Assembly (NCBI GenBank): GCA_951406725.2
Contig: OX597814.1
Location: 147,560,001 to 147,624,000 of the forward strand
Length of the DNA: 64,000 bases
Direction: 5' to 3'
Source of the DNA: Octopus vulgaris
Taxonomy: Eukaryota
The notes below the pieces were generated by a model. The model saw only the letters and a program-made list of their open reading frames with translations. It did no database searches and was not told the DNA's origin. This document shows, piece by piece, positions 54,956 through 64,000 of the stretch; within the stretch, counting starts at the first letter, position 1; each line of letters begins with the position of its first letter. A program made the translations under genes and the position numbers.

Positions 54956-56239
54956 TAGATATAAATCTGTTACTATTGTGTAGTACGTAGCTATTTCATA
55001 ATCTACTCTGCTTTCTGTATTGAATAACTTTTATAAGTGAATTGTACTATATAATTTTTTTCTACTTTTCTTTGCATTTTTTTCTGTTCTGTACTTCTAG
55101 CTTCAAGCTGGCACTGGTTTTTACTAGGTTGAATATTTTAGTTAGATAATTAAGGTGGTATTTTAAATTTAACTTTTTTGAGATAGGTCTTTTGAAATCC
55201 TGTGGGAATATTTTGTTTCAATGAATGTACTGCAGAATCGATTTTGGTGGTTCTATTGTTGTTGATTTCTGAGAATTTTACTTCTGTCTCTTGGTAAAAG
55301 ATATTCCACTGGGCAATTTAAGTTTTTTAAGTTTTGAAAATACTTTGGTTTTTGTTTATTGATGTATTAATATAGTAAAATTTTGATAGACAGGTTGTCG
55401 AAGGGGGGAGAGATGACGTATTGTTTATTGTATGCTTATAGTGAATAAATGAGTGCAGTAGAAAGTGATCTCTAGAGAGCAAGATATTGTTGTTTTTTTT
55501 GTTTCTCGAAGTTACCTTAGGGAGATGTTTGTTATATTTTGTTTTGGAGTGGTGAGGGCAGTGGTGGTTATTATAGACTTCGATGTTTCAATTATCGTAT
55601 TACAGTATCAAATCTATCATTCGAAAGCTTTTTGTGTTATGTGCATTTGATAGAGTGTTAAGTTATAGTAGCTGAGACATTCATCAAAGTAGAGGCAAAA
55701 TGCATTTCGACAAAATGGACGGCATATATTATTATCGTTGTATAAAATTCTATATTATATATTACTATACGTAAATTCAGGTTAGTTAAAATATGTTTGT
55801 GATACATTTCATCTGCTACAAGGCAGATTCACTGCAATTACAGAGGGGAAGAAATCTTTGACTTATTATCAAAAGGTATAAAAACACTATTAATATATTA
55901 CAGATTATCAGAAAGTAAACGATAATTTGAGAAGTGACGGTGGTGACCTTAAGTGCAGGCTATATCAGAGACCTGTGTTACCCTGGTAATACTATAAATT
56001 TAAACTGAAATTAATCGAATATTTTCAGAAGAGAATCAAAACTCTGAAAGCAGAGAACTAAAATGCTTTTATAAACAGAATCAGTTCTACTTTCCACTCT
56101 ATGGTATATGTTTTTATTTGATTGCATTTGCTTGTATCACTTACATATAGGTGTGTTCAATTAGTGTCCGAGTGTTGTTCTCAGTATCCACAGATGATGA
56201 AATATTTAATGTATACTATTAAACAGACTGATGTTGGAT

Positions 56240-56330
<91 letters not shown>

Positions 56331-56775
56331 TATATGCATATATGAATGTATATATGTATATATATATATATGTGTGTGTGTGTATACATGTATATCTGTG
56401 TGTGTGCGTGTCATGGGCGTGAGATGGTTGCCAGAAGCGTTTAAGAAAATGAGTTTCATTATTGATGACATGGAGAAGAATTTTCGGAAAAGGAAAGAAT
56501 AATTTCCGTTCACATGGTAACTGTTGTGCTTGGCTAAATGAACGCGGATAAACTTTCCGCAGAATGCGTTGCTGAACGGAAATAGTGATTTGCTACTGAC
56601 AGTTGTCTCCCCTGACAGTCATCAATTTTATACACCTAATTAGCATGTACCAGCACACAATCTGGCCAAACAAAAAGCTCAAGCACTAAGTATAGAAGCA
56701 GTAATATATTGACCTGTAAACTTTAAACATTGTTTTACGTGTGCTAATAAAGTGATTCATAAAACTGAAAGGAAA

Positions 56776-56815
<40 letters not shown>

Positions 56816-57297
56816 AAACAAACATATACATATTAAATAATGTACACATACACAAAATTGCAGCACACAAATACATATGAATAACCAGAAATACAATCGG
56901 CTCAAGAAACTCTTTTATCTTCATATACATTCTGACTTTATACATAATATATATGTTTTATTTATTTCAGAGTTACTATCTTCTCGGCGAAGAGCATAAA
57001 CTCGAGATATGAATGATAATCTTAATTCCATTTCTTGAACTTCAATCTATTAACTATAACGTTCTTACTTGTTTTTCATGTTCCTGTTACTTTGTCCTCA
57101 AATTTGCACACGTATATCTGTGTGTGTGTGTTTGTGCATGTATGTAGGTTCGTGTGTGGTGTGTGTCTTCATATGTGTGTATTTGCGTGTGTCTGCGTGA
57201 GTTATGTGTGAGCGTGTGCGTATGTGCATATGTCTTTATATACGATGAGAAAGAAGATATCAGTAACTTTAACTATTTATCTCTGTATTTGTGTGCA

Positions 57298-57700
57298 GGC
57301 GCAGGAGTGGCTGTGTGGTAAGTAGCTTGCTAACCAACCACATGGTTCCGGGTTCAGTCCCACTGCGTGGCATCTTGGGCGAGTGTCTACTGCTATAGCC
57401 CCGGGCCGACCAAAAGCCTTGTGAGTGGATTTGGTAGACGGAAACTGAAAGAAGCCTGTCGTATATATGTATATATGTATATATATATATGTGTGTGTGT
57501 ATGTGTTTGTGTGTTTGTCCCCTTAGCATTGCTTGACAACCGATGCTGGTGTGTTTACGTCCCCGTCACTTAGCGGTTCGGCAAAAGAGACCGATAGAAT
57601 AAGTACTGGGCTTACAAAGAATAAGTCCCGGGGTCGATTTGCTCGACTAAAGGCGGTGCTCCAGCATGGCCGCAGTCAAATGACTGAAACAAGTAAAAAG
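57298..57700 (+). mobile_element. Full-length CORE-like tRNA SINE
   Basis: A box tggctgtgtgg, B box ggttcagtcc, CORE-like gtggcatcttgggcgagtgtc, internal (TA)/(TG), tail ggtgctccagcatggccgcagtcaaatgactgaaacaagtaaaa. Confidence 0.9.
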
Positions 57701-59202
57701 AAAAAGAAAAAATATATATTTCTTTACTACCCACAAGGGGCAGTGTGTATATATATATATATGTGTGTGTGTGTGTGCGTGCGTATTGAAAGAAATGGTA
57801 AGACAACAAAAGAATGAAAGAGACACTATTTTATCTTAATATATATATATTATGTATGCAAATATTTATATGCCCATCCATATATATACATATACATATA
57901 TCTTCATGCCGAGTTTAGCCTGAACACATTGTATGTGTGCGCGTTTTTGTGTGTCTTAGTGTGTGTGTCTGTGTGTCTGTGTGCGCGTGTGTACACACAT
58001 GTGTGTGTGTATGTGTTTCTGTGTGTGCGTGTTTGCACGTGTGTAAATGTGTGTGTGTGTGCGTGCGTACATATATATCACTCATTCAATATACCTTCAT
58101 TTTCTTCACACTCACCGTTTCACTCTCTTCTGAGTATTTTAACCCTCACTCATTCTCTTCTTTCCTCCATCTCTTTGCTTTTTCTTTCTGTCTTTCTTTA
58201 CATCCACCATTTCTCTAACATCCAAAGAATAATGTGTCAGTATTTGATTTTCAAAGAAAGAAAACATGAAAGTATATGGCTCAAATTCTTTGAAACAACA
58301 AAGTAAGATCAAATCTTTTGGGGAAATATAAAAACAACAAACAAACAAACAATAAAAAAGCAAACAGACATCTTCATCAACAATCTGGAGAAAAAAATGT
58401 GCCTACTCATAATTTAAATCATACTTCTTCACACACAAACGTATACACACCTACTCAGAAACTGAGATAATCTTTGACACGTACAAACAAGCTTATTCTC
58501 CAAGGCACACAAAATAACATACTCAACAACGTACACGTAGAGATGCAAACTTACATATATAATTTGATTATATATAGAGATATATATCCGGAAGCCAATG
58601 AGAGAACATTCGCCTACAAAAAAATATAGCAATCTAATCACTCTCTGATCAACCATACTGCAGTTTAATATGTTCTATGGCATAGTGTCTTTCAATGAAC
58701 AGTATCACCGTATCACAATAGAGGTATATAGAGGGAGAGGTTATTCCTAGACCTTTTCCATCAGGATTCATCTTGGGCTAAAGACAATCACACACCATAT
58801 GTATATCTATATATACATGCATGTGCGTTAGTGCGTATGTGTATGCGCGTGTCTTTGATACATACATACATACATACATAATACATACATTCATCACTAC
58901 ATCGACCAGACTACACAAAATCTTTAGACATCGCTTGTCACAAATGTGCTTCATTGCATTGGTGTAGCTTTCACACCATGCAACCCTGCTCTTTATAACC
59001 ATTTACAGTTTTGTAGACAGAAGCAACGTTAAATGAAGTGCTTAGCCGAATAGCACAACGCCCTGTCGGTCTGATTATCGAAACTACGGTCTTGCGATTG
59101 TGTCTGCAACACCATAACAGCCAGGACATGGGCCTTCACAGACACATATACATACATACACGTACACACTCAGAAATATATACTTTCAAGTGCCTATATA
59201 TT

Positions 59203-59302
<100 letters not shown>

Positions 59303-59477
59303 GCAAATATACACCTACATATACATATATATATTTGTATGTATGAGTGTGTGTGTGTGACCGTATGCGTATGCGTGTTTGTGCGTGTGTGTCAATTAGA
59401 ATATATGTAAAAATGAAGATGTTAATTTGTCGTTGTGCATGTAAATAACAAAAGATTACTTTTTAAGTGTGTATGTA

Positions 59478-59521
<44 letters not shown>

Positions 59522-59524
59522 ATG

Positions 59525-59943
59525 AGAATTATATATAACAAAGGCAATTTATTTTTAAGTACACCAGCTTTGCTAAAAATTGGTAGTCAAAACAGTTCGA
59601 AGCCACAAGAATTAATTTTAGATTTTCACAGGCATGATGCGAGGTGGAGTGGGGGGACTAGGTGAAATAAGGATTGCGTCTTACCTCAGCAAAATAGCAA
59701 GAAGGAATATCAGTTAATTTGATATCATGAGTTTGAATTTAGCACCAAAAGACACTCAATTTTCATCAGTCAAATCTACAAGTTACAAACACATATATCA
59801 CTTCTACCAATTCTTGTGTTCGTTTCAGTGCGCAAGCTGCATTGCGAAAAACGAACTAAGTGAATACAATTTTTTAGAAATATAGAAAGAACATACGAGA
59901 TATTAATGTTAGTGGCCGCAAGCTAAAACCGAATAGGCAAAAT

Positions 59944-59974
<31 letters not shown>

Positions 59975-60727
59975 GGAATTATATATAACAAGGGTGTTTT
60001 CTTAAAAAACACCGGCTTTGATAAAAAATTAGGAGTCAAAACCCTCCGAAGCCACAAATATTAACACTATATATTCAGAGGCATTGTTGGTCCCAAAAAA
60101 AAAAAAAAAAAAACTCAGTAGGATATGGATTGAGTCTTACCTCTTCAAAATTACATGAAGGAATGTCATGATTTCGAATTTAGCGCCAAAACACGGCTGA
60201 TTGACCTCAGCCAAGTCTACTAGTAACAAACTCTTATATATCACTTCAATGACTGTTCGTTTGAGTGTCCAAGCCACATTGAGAAAACGAAATAAGTGAA
60301 TAGTAACTTTTGGAAAAATATATAAAGAATAGTGATACTCACCTATTTCGTTTTTCTCGGTACAGCTTGGAAACTGAAACGTACACGGGCATTGGTTGAA
60401 GGGATATATAAGAGATTGTTACTCGTAGACTTGGCTGAGCAGAATCAAGCGAGTTTCGGCGATAGATTCGAAACCATGAAATCAAATTGACTGACGTTCC
60501 ATCTTTCAGTATTGCAGAGGTAAGACGCAATCCCTATTTCGCATTTTTTTTTCAAACCATATCTGAGAAAATATAGTGTTGCTGTTTGTGGCTTCGGAGT
60601 GTTTTGACTCCTAATTGTTAGCAAAGCTGGTGTTTTTTTTTAAAGCGCCCTTGATATGTATAATTCATATATATATATATAAATTTTGCCAATATGGCTT
60701 TAGCTTGCTGCCACTAACATTAATAAC
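59525..60727. repeat. Three diverged copies of a ~400-bp unit: two tandem (59525-59943, 59976-60335) and one inverted (60336-60727)
   Basis: Shared gaattatatataacaa, caccagctttg, agtcaaaac..cgaagccacaa, ggattg.gtcttacctc and gaaaa.cgaa.taagtga. Confidence 0.8.
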
Positions 60728-60999
60728 TGTGATGAGTATTAATGGTCTTTATATATGTATATATATATATACATATATTAAATTCATTTAAGGTAACGTT
60801 AAGGTTATGCAATAAAGCTCCTATTTCGTTATGCCAGCTATCGTCTAACGATACTGACTAGAGATAATACAAATTATACGGTATCATTCCCAAGGATACC
60901 GACTCCGGTGTCAAAATCATGGGATTTCTGGAAACTTACGTAGCGATATATTAAATATTCATAAATTCCATCCTAGAATTATTATTATTATTATTGTTT

Positions 61000-61054
<55 letters not shown>

Positions 61055-62272
61055 ATCTGCTTTCTCTCTCTCTCTCTCTATCTATCTATATATATATATA
61101 TATATATATATAGCAAGTAAGAGGGGTCATGCAAGCTATTGAAAACATGTTTATGTGTCCCCTGTAATTTTTTGTACATGTGTATGTGTGTTTATTTGAC
61201 CATCGGTCATTGATGTAGTTGATACCTGACCACTAGGCAGACAGTCTGGCAGACTAGTGTAATTGGGTTGATCGCAGACTTTCGGAAAAATATAAAGTTG
61301 TATATCTGTTGAACGAGTATACTTTAAGAACCATAAGACATGAATGAAGAAAAAAGATATATAATTTCTCCGGCTGATGTAAAAATTGCTAACAAGTCAA
61401 TAATTTATTAAGCACTTGAAAACATAAAACTTTTTCTGTATTTTTTTCTATTCTTTCTTCTTCCACGGCCGTTATTCCTCGCCAGTGGTTTCTCTGATTT
61501 ATAATGTGTAAATGTGACCCTATAACGACATCAAGCTCGGTGTATATATAAATTCTAGATACTTAAAGTTCGTTCAGAAAATGTATTTTATACTTAATTC
61601 TGATGAGTCAAATTTAGCACAGTTACATCAGAGAATAATCAATAATTACATAATATATTATTTTATAAGAAGATTAATGAGATCAAATTCACAGGAATCA
61701 ATTTTAAATTGATGTTTTAAAAGGAATTGTTCTCTCCATTTTCCTTGTTTATTTTTTTATGTGTGTGTGAAAGAGAGAGAGAAATAGTGTCTGAGTGTGA
61801 GTATGCATGTATGTATAGATGCATGCACACAGTTACATGCATATGTTTAGAGATAGATAAAGAAAGAAACTGACTCATATTGCATATACATATATATTTA
61901 CAGATAAACGCATCCAATTGATAATAGGTAATTTGTTTCGCTGCTCATATTTTTCAAAAGTTCTCTGTCTATCGGTCTGTCTGTCCGTCTCTGTCTCTCT
62001 CCCGCACTCTTTCTGTCTTCATATGTGTCCAGTGTAGTTCAAATGTAATCTGCAAAAGTTACATGAATAAAGTTCGGGAAATAATAAACGCCGCAACACC
62101 TACTTTGAATTTCTTCTAAATTCAATACACCCATTCATTTTCAAATGTCATATTATCTGTCTGATGATTCCCCACACTCATTTAACAAACTCAGACTTCT
62201 TTCTTTTACTTGCTGATGATGCTGTTTTGTATTTAAGACCCAAATCACTTCTGGATCAGTAGATGATGGTTA

Positions 62273-62818
62273 GTGGAGGCGCGTGGCTTAGTGGTTAGAG
62301 TGTCAGCATCATGATCGTAAGATTGTGGTTTCGACTCCTGGCTTGGGCGACGCGTTGTGTTCTTGGGTAAAACACTTCATTTCACGTTGCCCCAGTCCGC
62401 TCAGCTGGCAAAAATGAGTAACGCTGCAATGGACTGGCGTCCCATCCAGCTGGGAAACACATACGCCATTGAAACCGGGAAACCGGGCCCATTTCCCTGG
62501 CTAGGCTTTAAACGGGCGCAATGGCCCAGAGGCTAGGGCAGCGGACTCGCGATCGGAGGATCGCGGTTTCGATTCCCAGACCGGGCGCTGTGTGTGTTTA
62601 TTGAGCGAAAACACCTAAAAGCTCCACGACACTCCGGCAGGGGGCAGTGGTGATCCCTGTTGTAATCTTTCGCCACAACTTTCTCTCACGCTCTTTTCTT
62701 GCATCTTGGGTAACGCTGCGATGGACCGGCGTCCCGTCCAGCTGGGGGGAGCACATACTCCACAGAAACCGGGAAACCGGGCCCATGAGCCTGGCTATGC
62801 TTGAAAAAGGCGAAAAAT
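62273..62818 (+). mobile_element. Heterodimeric tRNA SINE flanked by one 11-bp TSD
   Basis: Two heads (tggcttagtgg..gtttcgactcc; tggcccagagg..gtttcgattcc), both ending ctgc.atggac.ggcgtccc.tccagctggg..gaaaccgggaaaccgggcccat; gatgatggtta at 62262-62272 and 62819-62829. Confidence 0.85.
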
Positions 62819-63619
62819 GATGATGGTTAAGGGTGTTTCATGTGTGACTATTCTATTGTTTTATTATTAGTATTTTTCTCTGGACGTATTGCATCTTGGA
62901 CAATTTACATCACGAACAAACATGCTAGGGTACGATTGAAGAGAGATTTGACTGCCACTTCTAACATGTTGATGAATGCGTAAACTGCTTTGGAGATGAA
63001 GAATTCCTCACATATTAGAAGTAGAGTCAGATGATGAGGAATAACTTGTTCATAGTCAGACGTAACCTGTTAATGTATAGAAACACATCAACCAGATAAT
63101 CACGAATTAGGTTTGGCAAGTACTAAGACTAACGGAAAATGCTCTCGTTTACGGCTAATGGACTCTAGTTTGAAACTAAGCATGTCTGAATAATATTCTT
63201 GGAGAATTAAACTGAGAAATATAGAATAGAATATGAGTATTATGCTCATCGAAATAATAATGAAATGGCCTGCAAAGGACGTGAATGAACTCAGCATCCA
63301 TGATTTCAAATCGCGGATAATTTTCTGAGTTCATTCGGCCGTCTGACTTCTATTTAACCAAAACAATATGATACAAAAAAAATAAAATAAAATAACGTAA
63401 AATAAGGAAACGAAGAACCTGAATATATTATTTCATGCTGTCTCTGATCATAATAAGGTTCTTTATTTATAGCTCTATTAAAACAACATTAACGTATTCA
63501 AGCAATGATAAGTAGATTACTGTAGATTCAACATTGATATAAGCACATGTATATTTTCCCAGGCAACCCTCCTGCTACCCGTCGATAATTCCCTACATAT
63601 GTATTTATATATACGCGGA

Positions 63620-63672
<53 letters not shown>

Positions 63673-63773
63673 TCCGCGTACACATATCTATGCGTGTATA
63701 TATATATATATATGTATATGCGTCCGCGTAAACATATCTATGCGTGTGTATATATATATATATACATATATAT

Positions 63774-63810
<37 letters not shown>

Positions 63811-64000
63811 CATATATATATATGTGTGTATGTATATATATATGTATATATATATGCATACATGTGTGTGTATATATATACACATTTACACACGCACCCA
63901 CACATATACACGTATATATGTCTATATGTGTGTATGTATATATATACGCACATACACATACGTATGTATATACTTCGAGAGATATTTGATCCTCGATGTT

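Noticed and set aside
62273-62345. tRNA genes at SINE heads (also 28340-28388, 57298, 62514)
   Set aside because: A/B boxes present but no complete cloverleaf or Pol III terminator; they run on into SINE bodies.

Overview
Eukaryotic, very AT-rich and microsatellite-rich DNA. The SINE families, (TA)n/(GATA)n/(TTC)n density and retroelement mix look like a cephalopod (Octopus-like) genome; this is inference. Most ORFs in the track are microsatellite artefacts. Retroelements: a 5'-truncated CR1-group LINE with an uninterrupted 1002-aa APE+RT ORF2 (16099-19107); a young Hydra-clade-like Penelope-like element (PLE) with identical 151-bp inverted ends and a deleted RT core (5519-8284); an older PLE of the same type (52.4-54.3 kb); a third GIY-YIG fragment; internally deleted HERO-type and Dong/R4-type elements. 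Also several mariner relics, a hAT MITE and many tRNA-derived SINEs. No complete host gene was found, only candidate exons. The main hidden layer is RNA structure: more than ten hammerhead-ribozyme (HHR) motifs, some intact and most degenerate, in PLE-type terminal repeats; a tRNA-headed, HHR-tailed non-autonomous element; and a strand-permuted, pseudoknotted hammerhead-like motif in the 3' UTR of the HERO element (10036-10120). All calls were made by eye; no searches or folding were run.
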